Assembly: GCA_948989975.1 (NCBI GenBank)
Contig: CARHSH010000001.1
Location: 82,906-146,905 of the forward strand
Direction of reading: 5' to 3'
Source of the DNA: an uncultured Lachnospiraceae bacterium
Lineage (GTDB): Bacteria; Bacillota; Clostridia; Lachnospirales; Lachnospiraceae
DNA: 64,000 bases
Positions 17,079 through 26,872 of the stretch are shown here, one piece after another (position 1 is the stretch's first letter; each line of letters starts with the position of its first letter). Under the pieces are notes generated by a model. The model was not told the origin of the DNA, did not search any database, and was given only the letters and a program-made list of their open reading frames with translations. A program made the translations under genes and the position numbers.

Positions 17079-18389
17079 ATGGGAAAATCCCAAAAACTTT
17101 ATCAAAGGGCGAAATCAATGATTCCGGGCGGGACGCAGTTACTGAGCAAGCGCCCTGAAATGTTTTTGCCGGAATACTGGCCGGCATATTATAAGAAGGC
17201 AAAAGGATGCTATGTATGGGATCTGGATGACCGTAAATATATGGATGCAAGTTATATGGGAATAGGCGCGAATGTCCTTGGATATGCAGATGAGGATATA
17301 GATCTTGCCGTTGAATGGGCCATTTCTAACGGGAGTATGTGTACATTAAATGCGCCGGAAGAAGTGGCTTTGGCGGAAAAAATTATAGAATTACATCCGT
17401 GGGCAACGCAGGTCAGATATGCAAAAACAGGCGGTGAAGCATTGGCGGTTGCAGTCCGCATTGCGCGGGCATATGCAAAAAAGGACATTATTTTATTTTG
17501 TGGGTACCATGGCTGGAGTGATTGGTATCTGGCCGCAAATTTAAGTGAGGATTCGGCGCTGGACGGTCATTTGATTCAGGGATTAGAGCCGGCGGGCGTA
17601 CCGCGGGGATTGGCGCAGACAGCGTTTCCATTCCGTTATAATGACATAAACAATTTTTTAGAGCTTATTGAAACATACAAAGGGAGGATTGCGGCAGTCG
17701 TTTTAGAGCCGATTCGGAATATTTATCCGAAAAATGATTTCTTGCAGACTGTCCGGGAAGTGACGAAAAGAGAGGATATTGTCTTGATAGCGGACGAGGT
17801 GTCTGCCGGATTCCGTTTGAATTGCGGAGGGGCGCATCTTACATTAGGATTTGAACCGGATATGGCAGTGTTGGCGAAGGCGTTAGGCAACGGGTATCCG
17901 ATGTCTGTTATTTTTGGGAAAGCCGGATATATGGAATCTGCGCAGAGCACATTTATCAGCAGCACTTACTGGACGGAACGGACGGGACTTTGCGCGGCGC
18001 TGGCCGTTATCAAAAAATACCAAGCGGAGCATGTAGAAAAACATCTTGACAGAATAGGGAAGATGGTTTTAGAGGGCTGGAAAGATGCGGCAAACCAATA
18101 TGGGGTACAGATAAAGCTTTCCGGCATACCGCCGCTGGCCCACTTTGAATTTGAATTGGACAGCCCGCTTGCATACAATACTTACTTTACGCAAGAAATG
18201 TTGAAAAAAGGATTTTTGGCAACGAATGCGTTTTATGCGTCGTATGCGCATAAGGAAACGGATATTTTGGAATATTTGAATGCGGCAAACCAAGTGTTTC
18301 GGCAAATATCGGAAATTACAGCATCGTCAGATATTATGCGGCATTTAGACGGCCCATTGCGCCAGACCGGATTTCAAAGGCTTACCTGA
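17079..18389 (+). CDS. Class III (PLP-dependent) aminotransferase, glutamate-1-semialdehyde aminomutase-like
   Basis: 436 aa. SMIPGGTQLLSKRPE, YAKTGGEALAVAVRIARAY, LIADEVSAGFR: typical AT-III motifs. Confidence 0.65.
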   Translation: MGKSQKLYQRAKSMIPGGTQLLSKRPEMFLPEYWPAYYKKAKGCYVWDLDDRKYMDASYMGIGANVLGYADEDIDLAVEWAISNGSMCTLNAPEEVALAEKIIELHPWATQVRYAKTGGEALAVAVRIARAYAKKDIILFCGYHGWSDWYLAANLSEDSALDGHLIQGLEPAGVPRGLAQTAFPFRYNDINNFLELIETYKGRIAAVVLEPIRNIYPKNDFLQTVREVTKREDIVLIADEVSAGFRLNCGGAHLTLGFEPDMAVLAKALGNGYPMSVIFGKAGYMESAQSTFISSTYWTERTGLCAALAVIKKYQAEHVEKHLDRIGKMVLEGWKDAANQYGVQIKLSGIPPLAHFEFELDSPLAYNTYFTQEMLKKGFLATNAFYASYAHKETDILEYLNAANQVFRQISEITASSDIMRHLDGPLRQTGFQRLT

Positions 18390-18413
18390 CACTAGAAGTA
18401 GGAGAAAGGGAAT

Positions 18414-19454
18414 ATGGAAATGAAAATGTATCAGCTTATGAAAGAGCGCGCCTATGTAATTGCGGAAATGTCGGCAAATCATGCGGGCTCGAAAGAAACC
18501 GCGGTAAAACTAATTCATGCAGCGAAAATGGCGGGAGCGGACTGTGTGAAAATACAGACTTACACGGCGGATACGATGACGTTAGATTGTGATAACGCAT
18601 ATTTTCATATTGGAGATGGGACATGGAAAGGCGATACACTGTATTCTTTGTATGAAAAAGCGTATATGCCATGGGAATGGCAGGCGGAATTAAAGGAGGT
18701 CACAGAGACATTAGGCATGGATTTTTTGTCCACTCCATTTGATAAGACGTCGGTGGATTTTTTGGAAAGCCTTGACGTGGCGGCGTATAAGATTGCATCG
18801 TTTGAGCTGACAGATCTTCCGCTGATTCAGTATGTGGCATCGAAAGGAAAACCGGTGATTCTGTCGACGGGCATGGCGGAGTTGTATGAAATAGACGAAG
18901 CTGTAAAAACAATCCAGAGGGAACATAATTCTCAAATTATTTTAATGCACTGCGCAAGCGCGTATCCGGCGATTACAGAGGATATGAATTTGTATACAAT
19001 GCAAAATTTAAAAGAGATTTATCAAGTTCCGGTCGGGCTGTCCGATCATTCCATGGGTTCTGTCGGAGCCATTACAGCGGTGGCGTTAGGCGCGCAAATT
19101 ATTGAAAAACATTTTTGCCTTGACCGGGCCATTGAAACGCCGGATTCCTCATTTTCCATGAACCCTGCTGAGTTTCGGCAGATGGTATGTGACATACGGC
19201 AGGCGGAAAAAGCGTTAGGATTGGTCCGGTATGGGGTGAAAAGCCAAGAAAATCCAAATCTTGGCTTTAGGAGGTCTATTTTTGTCACCCAAGACATTAA
19301 AAAGGGGCAGAAGCTGACAGAAGAAAATATCCGGGTGATTCGGCCGGGATATGGGGCGCCTCCTAAATTTTATGGGGAAGCCTTGGGACAGACGGCTTTA
19401 AGTGACCTGAAAAGAGGCACACCTCTTAAGATTTCGGATATAGGAAGTGTGTAA
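18414..19454 (+). CDS. pseI: Pseudaminic acid synthase (NeuB family)
   Basis: Collinear with PseI: IAEMSANHAGS, VKIQTYTADTMTLD, YKIASFELTDLPLIQYVA, GLSDHS, IEKHFCLDR. Confidence 0.8.
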   Translation: MEMKMYQLMKERAYVIAEMSANHAGSKETAVKLIHAAKMAGADCVKIQTYTADTMTLDCDNAYFHIGDGTWKGDTLYSLYEKAYMPWEWQAELKEVTETLGMDFLSTPFDKTSVDFLESLDVAAYKIASFELTDLPLIQYVASKGKPVILSTGMAELYEIDEAVKTIQREHNSQIILMHCASAYPAITEDMNLYTMQNLKEIYQVPVGLSDHSMGSVGAITAVALGAQIIEKHFCLDRAIETPDSSFSMNPAEFRQMVCDIRQAEKALGLVRYGVKSQENPNLGFRRSIFVTQDIKKGQKLTEENIRVIRPGYGAPPKFYGEALGQTALSDLKRGTPLKISDIGSV

Positions 19455-19469
19455 AAAGAGGGGCGGCTT

Positions 19470-20474
19470 ATGAAAAAAAGAGTGTATATCCGGGCGGACA
19501 TGAACCCTCAAATAGCGACCGGCCATATCAGGCGCTGCCTTGCAATTTCAGACGCGGTCAGGGAACTTGGGGGAGAGGCGGTTTTTTTGACGGCGGATTT
19601 TAATGCAAAACGGCTGTTAGAAGAACATGGGCTAAGATATTATGTTTTAAACAGCAGATGGGATAGGATGCAAGATGAATTAGAGACATTGTATCAGATA
19701 ATCCAGAAAGAAAATATAGATACATTATTAATTGACAGTTATCAGGTTACAAAAAAGTATTTGGAAAATCTTAAGAAAGCTGTTAAAATTGTATTGCTGG
19801 ATGATTTATTTTTGTTTGATTATCCGGCAGACGAAATCATATGTTACGCAAATTACTGCCATCAGTTTCCCTATGATAAAAAAAGATATGAAAACTTATA
19901 TTTGGGCATGGACTATACACCCCTGCGGCGTGTGTTTTGGAAGCCCGAAAAGAAGGAAATCCGAAAAGAAATCAGGCGGGTTTTGGTCTGTTCCGGCGGC
20001 AGTGATATGTTTGGGGCGATAGAAACGATAGTGGGGAAATTAAAAGATCGGTATGAGTGTATCGATGCAGTTTGCGGATTGTATTCTGATTCGTATGAAA
20101 AGCTGTTGGAAACTTATGGAGGATATAAAAATATCCGAATCGTAAAAGACGTAAAAGATATTGAAACTTATATGCTTCAGGCAGATGTGGCAATTTCTGC
20201 GGGCGGGACTGCGTTGTATGAATTATGCGCAGTTGGCGCGCCGGCCATTTCTTATGCAATAGCGGACAACCAGCTTAAAAATGTTATGCAGTTTGAAAAA
20301 GACGGTCTCATTTCATATGCCGGGGACATACGGCGGGAAGATATTAGTGAAAACGTTTTAACTTATTTAGAGAAATATGAGAGCCAAACGACGCGCAGCG
20401 AATTGTCACGGAAAATGCAAAGCGCTGTTGATGGAAAGGGCGCGGTTAGGATTGCAAAGGCTCTCATGGAATAG
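19470..20474 (+). CDS. pseG: UDP-2,4-diacetamido-2,4,6-trideoxy-beta-L-altropyranose hydrolase
   Basis: N-terminal IRADMNPQIATGHIRRCLAISDAV matches the PseG (GT28-like) GxGHxxR motif. 334 aa. Confidence 0.7.
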   Translation: MKKRVYIRADMNPQIATGHIRRCLAISDAVRELGGEAVFLTADFNAKRLLEEHGLRYYVLNSRWDRMQDELETLYQIIQKENIDTLLIDSYQVTKKYLENLKKAVKIVLLDDLFLFDYPADEIICYANYCHQFPYDKKRYENLYLGMDYTPLRRVFWKPEKKEIRKEIRRVLVCSGGSDMFGAIETIVGKLKDRYECIDAVCGLYSDSYEKLLETYGGYKNIRIVKDVKDIETYMLQADVAISAGGTALYELCAVGAPAISYAIADNQLKNVMQFEKDGLISYAGDIRREDISENVLTYLEKYESQTTRSELSRKMQSAVDGKGAVRIAKALME

Positions 20475-20483
20475 AAGCAGGTG

Positions 20484-21611
20484 ATGAAAATGTATATTCC
20501 ATATGGAAAGCAGTTTATAGATGAAGAAGATATAGCGGCAGTGGTTGAGACGCTGAAAAGCGATTGCATTACGACAGGCCCTAGGATAGCGGAGTTTGAG
20601 CAGGCTGTGTGTGAGTATACAGGGGCGAAATACGCGGTGGCGGTTTCGAGTGGAACGGCGGCTCTGCATATTGCCTGTCTGGCGGCAGGCATAGGAAAAG
20701 ATGACGAAGCAGTTACGTCTCCGATGACATTTGCGGCATCTGCAAATTGTGTGTTGTATTGTGGGGGAAGGCCTGTTTTTGCGGACATTAAACCAGATAC
20801 CTATAACTTAGATCCGAATGACGTTAGAAGGAAAATAACGAATAAGACGAAAGCGGTCATTGCGGTAGATTATACAGGGCAGCCGTGTGAGTTGGAAGAA
20901 TTAAAACAAATTGCAAAAGAACGTCAGTTGTATTTGATTGAAGATGCGGCTCATGCCATAGGGGCGGAATACAAGGGCAGGCGGGTAGGCTCAATTTCTG
21001 ATATGACGACATTCAGCCTGCATCCGGTTAAACATATTACGAGCGGAGAGGGCGGCATTGTAACGACAAATAATAAGGAACTCTATAAAAAATTGATTTT
21101 ATTCCGGAATCATGGTATAACAAGAGAGAGAGAAGCTATGACGAAAATGGAAGGCGGCTGGTATTACGAACAGTTAGATTTGGGGTATAATTACCGGATT
21201 ACTGATTTTCAGTGCGCGCTTGCCGCATCACAGCTTAAAAAATTAGATCGGTTTATACAAAAAAGGACGGAACTTGCCGGACGCTATGAGTATGCGTTTC
21301 AAGATATGGAAGATGTCGTTTGCCCGTATCAAAAAGAAGGATGCAAAAACAGTTGGCATTTATATGTGATACAGGTGAAAAACAGGGCAGAGACATTCCG
21401 GAAAATGAGAGAAGCCGGGATTGGCGTAAATGTGCACTATATTCCGGTTTATAAGCATCCGTATTATCAGAGCCTTGGATATGGAAATGTAGAATGTAAA
21501 AATGCAGAATCGCTATATCAGCATATTATCAGTTTGCCTCTCTATTATATGCTTACATATGAACAGCAGGATTATGTGATTGGGCAGTTAAAGAAAATTT
21601 TAATGGGATAA
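20484..21611 (+). CDS. pseC: UDP-4-amino-4,6-dideoxy-N-acetyl-beta-L-altrosamine transaminase (DegT/DnrJ/EryC1 family)
   Basis: TTGPRIAEFEQAVCEYTGAKYAVAVSSGTAALHIA, AVDYTGQPCELEEL, LIEDAAHAIGAEYKGRRVGS, FSLHPVKHIT. Confidence 0.8.
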   Translation: MKMYIPYGKQFIDEEDIAAVVETLKSDCITTGPRIAEFEQAVCEYTGAKYAVAVSSGTAALHIACLAAGIGKDDEAVTSPMTFAASANCVLYCGGRPVFADIKPDTYNLDPNDVRRKITNKTKAVIAVDYTGQPCELEELKQIAKERQLYLIEDAAHAIGAEYKGRRVGSISDMTTFSLHPVKHITSGEGGIVTTNNKELYKKLILFRNHGITREREAMTKMEGGWYYEQLDLGYNYRITDFQCALAASQLKKLDRFIQKRTELAGRYEYAFQDMEDVVCPYQKEGCKNSWHLYVIQVKNRAETFRKMREAGIGVNVHYIPVYKHPYYQSLGYGNVECKNAESLYQHIISLPLYYMLTYEQQDYVIGQLKKILMG

Positions 21612-21621
21612 GGGGCATTTT

Positions 21622-22074
21622 ATGGAAGGTTATTTGAAAGCGGCGGAAGAATCAGATATGGATATTTTGTTTGAATGGGCGAATGACCCCATTGTCCGCC
21701 AAAATTCTTTCCATTCAGAAAGAATACTTTATGAGGATCATAAGAAATGGTTTTATGGCATATTAGAGGGCAGTGGATGCAGGCAATATATTTATATTTG
21801 TAATAATGAAAAAATCGGACAGGCGCGTATTACAGTAAACGGATTTGAAGCAGAAATTTCGTATAGCATATGTCCGCAAAAAAGAAATCAGGGGCATGGG
21901 GCAAAGTTATTACAGTTAATCTATCGGCAAGTGAAAGAGGAGTTTCCTCAGATTCGGAAATTGATAGGAAAAGTCAAACCAGAAAATATTGCGTCTGCCA
22001 AAGCGTTTCTTCATGCAGGTTATGGGGAGCAGTATTCTGTTTATGAAAGGCAGATGGAGTTACAGGCAGAGTAA
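21622..22074 (+). CDS. pseH: GNAT N-acetyltransferase (UDP-4-amino-altrosamine N-acetyltransferase)
   Basis: 150-aa GNAT fold (QGHGAKLL) placed immediately after pseC, as in pse loci. Confidence 0.65.
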   Translation: MEGYLKAAEESDMDILFEWANDPIVRQNSFHSERILYEDHKKWFYGILEGSGCRQYIYICNNEKIGQARITVNGFEAEISYSICPQKRNQGHGAKLLQLIYRQVKEEFPQIRKLIGKVKPENIASAKAFLHAGYGEQYSVYERQMELQAE

Positions 22075-22155
22075 AATATTGGAAAAACGGAACCGTTTTC
22101 GGCAAATATGTGGTAAGGTGAGAGACGAAAATAGGAGAAAAGCAGAGGTGTCTAA

Positions 22156-22935
22156 ATGAAAGTGATTATTTTGGCAGGCGGGCTGCCAAGCACATTAATT
22201 GAAGAAGATGAAAAAATGCCGAAACCTATGGCGGAAATTGGCGGAAGGCCGATGCTTTGGCACATTATGAAACAATATTCGCATTATGGCTACAATGAAT
22301 TTATTATTTGCACCGGTTATAAGGGTGACGTGATCAAAGAGTATTTTATGAATTTTTATATCTATCAATCTGACATCACGGTAGATTTACAGACGAATGC
22401 CGTAAAACTGCATAGAAAACAAACGGAAGATTGGAAAGTGTCTATTATAGATACGGGATTGTCTTCTTCTATTATTGATCGCTTGTATATGATACGGGAT
22501 TATATTGAGCAGGAAGCCGCGCTGGTTTCTTATGGAGACTGCCTTTCAGATATCAACATTGCGAAAATGGCAGAAGAACATAAGCTCCACAAAAAAGCCG
22601 CGACATTTGCCGTCGCGCATCCAACTGGGAGAAATGAGATTCTGCCGATGAATGACATTGGGGAATATCAAAGTTTACAGCAAAGCGGAATAAAGGAAGA
22701 TGCGTGGGTAAACGCCTGCAATATGATTTTAGAGCCACAGGCGTTTGATTATATAGGAAACAGCATAAAACAGTCTATGCCCCTGCCCTTGATTGACTGT
22801 CTGGCGAATCAAGGGGGGATACATATATACCGCCATAGTGGTTTTTGGTCTCCGGTTGAGACGGTAAGGGATAAAACTTGGCTGGAAGGTTTGTGGGCTC
22901 AGGGACAAGCGCCGTGGAAGGTTTGGGATGACTAG
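22156..22935 (+). CDS. Glucose-1-phosphate cytidylyltransferase (RfbF/DdhA-like)
   Basis: MKVIILAGGL...KPMAEIGGRPMLWHIMKQYSHYGYNEFIICTGYKGDVIKEYFMNF. Confidence 0.75.
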   Translation: MKVIILAGGLPSTLIEEDEKMPKPMAEIGGRPMLWHIMKQYSHYGYNEFIICTGYKGDVIKEYFMNFYIYQSDITVDLQTNAVKLHRKQTEDWKVSIIDTGLSSSIIDRLYMIRDYIEQEAALVSYGDCLSDINIAKMAEEHKLHKKAATFAVAHPTGRNEILPMNDIGEYQSLQQSGIKEDAWVNACNMILEPQAFDYIGNSIKQSMPLPLIDCLANQGGIHIYRHSGFWSPVETVRDKTWLEGLWAQGQAPWKVWDD

Positions 22936-22980
22936 CCAAAGGTTAGGTCTATGCACAATACATAAAAGGAGGGCTGAAAA

Positions 22981-24042
22981 TTGAGTATATTGGATTTTTA
23001 CCGGGATAAAACTGTTTTAGTCACGGGCCATACCGGATTTAAAGGAAGCTGGCTGTGCGTGATGCTTCAAATAGCAGGCGCAAATGTAGTGGGTTATGCG
23101 TTAAAGCCGGAAAGGGAATCACTGTATGCGTTATCAAAAGCGGGCGGGCAGATGGAGTCCGTTGAAGGAGATATCCGTGATTTGAAACATTTAAAGTCTG
23201 TATTCCGGCAATATCAGCCAGAGCTTGTATTCCATTTAGCGGCGCAGCCTATTGTACGGACAAGTTATGAAGATCCTGTTTTTACTTATGAAACAAACGT
23301 AATGGGAACTGTCAATTTGTTAGAGAGCGTAAGAACAGTTTCAAGCGTTGCTGCAGTTTTAAATGTCACAACCGATAAAGTTTATGAAAACAGGGAATGG
23401 GAGTGGGGCTACCGTGAAACAGATCCGTTAGACGGATATGATCCTTACTCAAACAGCAAATCCTGTTCGGAATTGGTAACGCACAGCTACAAGAAATCTT
23501 TTTTCGGTTCCATGGGAACCGCAGTTTCTACGGCAAGGGCAGGAAATGTCATTGGCGGAGGGGATTTTGCGAAAGACCGGATTATTCCGGACTGCATACG
23601 GGCGGCAATGGAAGGGAAAGAAATTGTAATCCGCAACCCATACTCGATACGTCCGTTCCAGCATGTGTTAGAGCCGCTTGGCGCCTATTTAATGATTATG
23701 GAACAGCAGGCGCGCTTTCCGGAAAAACAGGGATATTATAATGTGGGGCCGGAGGAAGGAGACTGCATTACAGTAGGCGCATTAGCGGATTTGTTTTGTG
23801 AAGAATGGAAAGACGGCGCATCTTGGAAAAATATTTGTGACGAAGGCCCTCACGAAGCGGCCTATTTAAAACTGGACTGTTCTCACATAAAACATAACAT
23901 CGGCTGGAAACCCCGCTGGAATATCCAAAAGGCAGTGGAAAAAACGGTGGAATGGACAAAGGCATACCAGTCGCATGGAGACGTCAGGGCGTGTATGGAA
24001 CGCCAGATTCATGAATTTTACAAAGGAAGAACAGCGATATGA
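22981..24042 (+). CDS. CDP-glucose 4,6-dehydratase (RfbG/DdhB-like)
   Basis: VLVTGHTGFKGSWL, YSNSKSCSELV, extended SDR. TTG start. Confidence 0.75.
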   Translation: MSILDFYRDKTVLVTGHTGFKGSWLCVMLQIAGANVVGYALKPERESLYALSKAGGQMESVEGDIRDLKHLKSVFRQYQPELVFHLAAQPIVRTSYEDPVFTYETNVMGTVNLLESVRTVSSVAAVLNVTTDKVYENREWEWGYRETDPLDGYDPYSNSKSCSELVTHSYKKSFFGSMGTAVSTARAGNVIGGGDFAKDRIIPDCIRAAMEGKEIVIRNPYSIRPFQHVLEPLGAYLMIMEQQARFPEKQGYYNVGPEEGDCITVGALADLFCEEWKDGASWKNICDEGPHEAAYLKLDCSHIKHNIGWKPRWNIQKAVEKTVEWTKAYQSHGDVRACMERQIHEFYKGRTAI

Positions 24043-24812
24043 AAGTAGTCATTTTAGCGGGCGGAAAAGGGACGAGAATCAGTGAGGAGTCAAGGCTGCG
24101 TCCAAAACCAATGGTGGAAATTGGCGGAAAACCAATCCTTTGGCACATTATGCGCCAATATGCCGCATATGGATTTTGCGAGTTTATTATTTGCTGTGGC
24201 TATAAAGGGCATATGATAAAAGAATATTTTGTCAATTATTACCGGAATAACAGCCAAATCGAAATTAGCCTGAAAAACCAGCAAGCGCAGGTGTTAGTGA
24301 AAAACAGCGAGCCATGGAAAGTGACATTGGTGGATACGGGACTTGAAACGCTGACCGCCGGCAGGATATTAAAGGTGAGGGACTATATCGGAGACGAGCC
24401 GTTTTTTCTGACGTATGGAGACGGCGTGTCCAATGTAAATATCCATGAGTTGTTGAAATTCCATAAGGAGCAAAAGAAAACCGTAACGATATCAACGACA
24501 CAGCCGGAAGGCAGGTTTGGGGCATTACAGCTCGATGGATCGGGGACGCAGATTCTTGGGTTTAAGGAAAAAGCAAGGGCGGATCAAGCTTGGGTCAACA
24601 TTGGTTTTATGGCGTTAGAGCCGTCCGTTTATCCATATTTGGGCGATGGAAACGAAATGTTAGAAGCCCTTCCGTTTGAGCGGTTAGCCAGAGACGGACA
24701 AATGGCGGCATATAAACATACCGGATTTTGGTCTCCGATGGACAATATCCATGACAGGGAATATTTGGAAAAACTATGGAACAGCGGCAGTGCGCCTTGG
24801 AGGGTAGGATAG
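24039..24812 (+). CDS. Glucose-1-phosphate cytidylyltransferase, second paralog
   Basis: MKVVILAGGKGTRISEESRLRPKPMVEIGGKPILWHIMRQYAAYGFCEFIICCGYKGHMIKEYFVNYY. ATGA overlap with the upstream gene. Confidence 0.75.
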   Translation: MKVVILAGGKGTRISEESRLRPKPMVEIGGKPILWHIMRQYAAYGFCEFIICCGYKGHMIKEYFVNYYRNNSQIEISLKNQQAQVLVKNSEPWKVTLVDTGLETLTAGRILKVRDYIGDEPFFLTYGDGVSNVNIHELLKFHKEQKKTVTISTTQPEGRFGALQLDGSGTQILGFKEKARADQAWVNIGFMALEPSVYPYLGDGNEMLEALPFERLARDGQMAAYKHTGFWSPMDNIHDREYLEKLWNSGSAPWRVG

Positions 24813-24828
24813 AAAGGATAGGGGTATT

Positions 24829-26172
24829 ATGTTTGAACAGAAAACAGAAGCAGAGGCAAGGGAAGAAATTCTTACAATGGTGACAGAGTATTGCAAAACA
24901 TTTCATATGACCCAAAAGGAATATCAGGAAGGAGACAGGATTTCGTATGCCTCCCGCGTATATGATGAAGCGGAAATGTGGAATCTTGCAGACAGCGCAT
25001 TGGAATTTTGGCTGACTTCCGGCAGGTATACCGAGCGGTTTGAAAAAGAATTCGCAGAGTATATCGGCGTATCTTACTGTTCTCTCGTTAATTCCGGCTC
25101 GTCCGCGAATCTGCTTGCGTTTATGGCTCTTACGTCTCCGTTATTAAAAGAAAGGCGCATATGCCGCGGCGATGAAATTATTACGGTGGCGGCAGGATTC
25201 CCGACGACGGTCACGCCCTATCTGCAATATGGCGCAGTCCCTGTTTTTTTGGATTTAACGGTTCCGCAGTATAATATCGATACGGAACAATTAGAGCGGG
25301 CATTGTCAGATAAGACAAAGGCAGTGATGATTGCGCATACACTTGGGAATCCATTTGATTTAAAAACGGTAAAAGAATTTTGTGAGAAACATACGCTATG
25401 GCTGATAGAGGACAACTGCGATGCGCTGGGAAGCGAATATTGTTTGGATGGAGTTTGGAAAAAAACAGGCAGTGTGGGGGATATAGGAACCAGCAGTTTT
25501 TACCCGCCGCATCATATGACGATGGGGGAAGGCGGGGCGGTTTATACTGACAACCCGCTTTTACATAAAATTATCCGTTCGATGCGCGATTGGGGGCGGG
25601 ATTGTATGTGCCCGTCCGGTCAGGATAATCTATGTGGGCATCGGTTTGATAAACAGTATGGCGAATTGCCATTAGGCTATGACCATAAATATGTATATTC
25701 CCATTTTGGCTATAATTTAAAAGCGACTGATATGCAGGCGGCAATCGGCTGCGCCCAGCTTCAAAAACTGCCGGAATTTACGAAACAAAGGAGAGCAAAT
25801 TTTAAGCGGTTAAAGGAGCGGTTATCGGATTTGCAGGATAAACTGATTTTGCCGGAAGCGTGTCCGGATTCAAACCCGTCATGGTTTGGTTTTTTAATTA
25901 CCTGTAAAGAAGGCGTGGATAAAAATCAAATCGTTTCTTATTTAGAAGAACATGGCGTACAGACCAGAATGTTATTTTCCGGAAACTTAACGAAACAGCC
26001 TTGTTTTGATGAATTGCGTAAGTCAAAAGAGGGCTACCGGATTGTGGATACGCTGAAACAGACAGACATTATTATGGAAAGAAGTTTTTGGATTGGCGTA
26101 TATCCCGGAATGACGGATAAGAAGATTGACGCTATGGCAAAACTGTTAAAGGAAGCGGTGGCGTCCATTTGA
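24829..26172 (+). CDS. CDP-6-deoxy-D-xylo-4-hexulose 3-dehydrase (E1; RfbH/DdhC-like, PMP-dependent)
   Basis: 447 aa DegT-like enzyme with the N-terminal extension typical of RfbH. VNSGSSANLLAF, LIEDNCDALGSEY, YPPHHMTMGEGG. Confidence 0.7.
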   Translation: MFEQKTEAEAREEILTMVTEYCKTFHMTQKEYQEGDRISYASRVYDEAEMWNLADSALEFWLTSGRYTERFEKEFAEYIGVSYCSLVNSGSSANLLAFMALTSPLLKERRICRGDEIITVAAGFPTTVTPYLQYGAVPVFLDLTVPQYNIDTEQLERALSDKTKAVMIAHTLGNPFDLKTVKEFCEKHTLWLIEDNCDALGSEYCLDGVWKKTGSVGDIGTSSFYPPHHMTMGEGGAVYTDNPLLHKIIRSMRDWGRDCMCPSGQDNLCGHRFDKQYGELPLGYDHKYVYSHFGYNLKATDMQAAIGCAQLQKLPEFTKQRRANFKRLKERLSDLQDKLILPEACPDSNPSWFGFLITCKEGVDKNQIVSYLEEHGVQTRMLFSGNLTKQPCFDELRKSKEGYRIVDTLKQTDIIMERSFWIGVYPGMTDKKIDAMAKLLKEAVASI

Positions 26173-26212
26173 CAGGCATTCTATCCATAGGCGGGAAGGA
26201 ATTAAAAGAAAA

Positions 26213-26872
26213 ATGAATGATATTATCCTAATCGGCTCTGGAGGCTGTATGCGGGAGCTGGTCTGGCAGATACAGCAGTTGAACGGGGAATGCCGTGTAT
26301 GGAATATTTTAGGCTATGTTGACAAAGCCGATCGGTCCGGCGTTTCCGACATAAAAGTTTCCGGCCAGAGCATTCCCTATCTTGGCGGAGATGACTTCCT
26401 TTTACGCCGGACCGAACAGACGAATGCCGCTATATGTGTCGGGAATCCTTCCTTACGGAAAAAAATTGCCAAGAACATACAGAAAAACCCGCATATCTGT
26501 TTTCCTAATTTAATTTTAGGCAATGTAAAAATCTGCTCTGACGTACAAATCGGGAAAGGCTGTATTATCAGTATGGACGCCCGTATTTCTACGAATGTTG
26601 CATTGGGGGATTTTGTTTTTTTAAATATGGGAAGCGGGATCTGCCATGACGGAAAAATTGGAAATTATGTCACATTAAGCCCAGATGTGCGTCTTGCCGG
26701 AAACGTAACCGTGGAAGAAGGCTGTGACATTGGCATGGGAGCAAAGATTATACAGGGCAGGCATATCGGTGCAAATGCAGTGATCGGGGCAGGAAGCGTC
26801 GTCATCACTGACATAGCGGCTGGCTGCATGGCGGCCGGCGCGCCGGCAAAGGAGAAGAAGAAAAAAATATGA
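26213..26872 (+). CDS. NeuD/PglD-family hexapeptide sugar N-acetyltransferase (LegH-like)
   Basis: IILIGSGGCMRELVWQI...ILGYVD N-domain, plus left-handed beta-helix repeats (GNVTVEEGCDIGMGAKIIQGRHIGANAVIGAGSVV). Confidence 0.7.
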   Translation: MNDIILIGSGGCMRELVWQIQQLNGECRVWNILGYVDKADRSGVSDIKVSGQSIPYLGGDDFLLRRTEQTNAAICVGNPSLRKKIAKNIQKNPHICFPNLILGNVKICSDVQIGKGCIISMDARISTNVALGDFVFLNMGSGICHDGKIGNYVTLSPDVRLAGNVTVEEGCDIGMGAKIIQGRHIGANAVIGAGSVVITDIAAGCMAAGAPAKEKKKKI

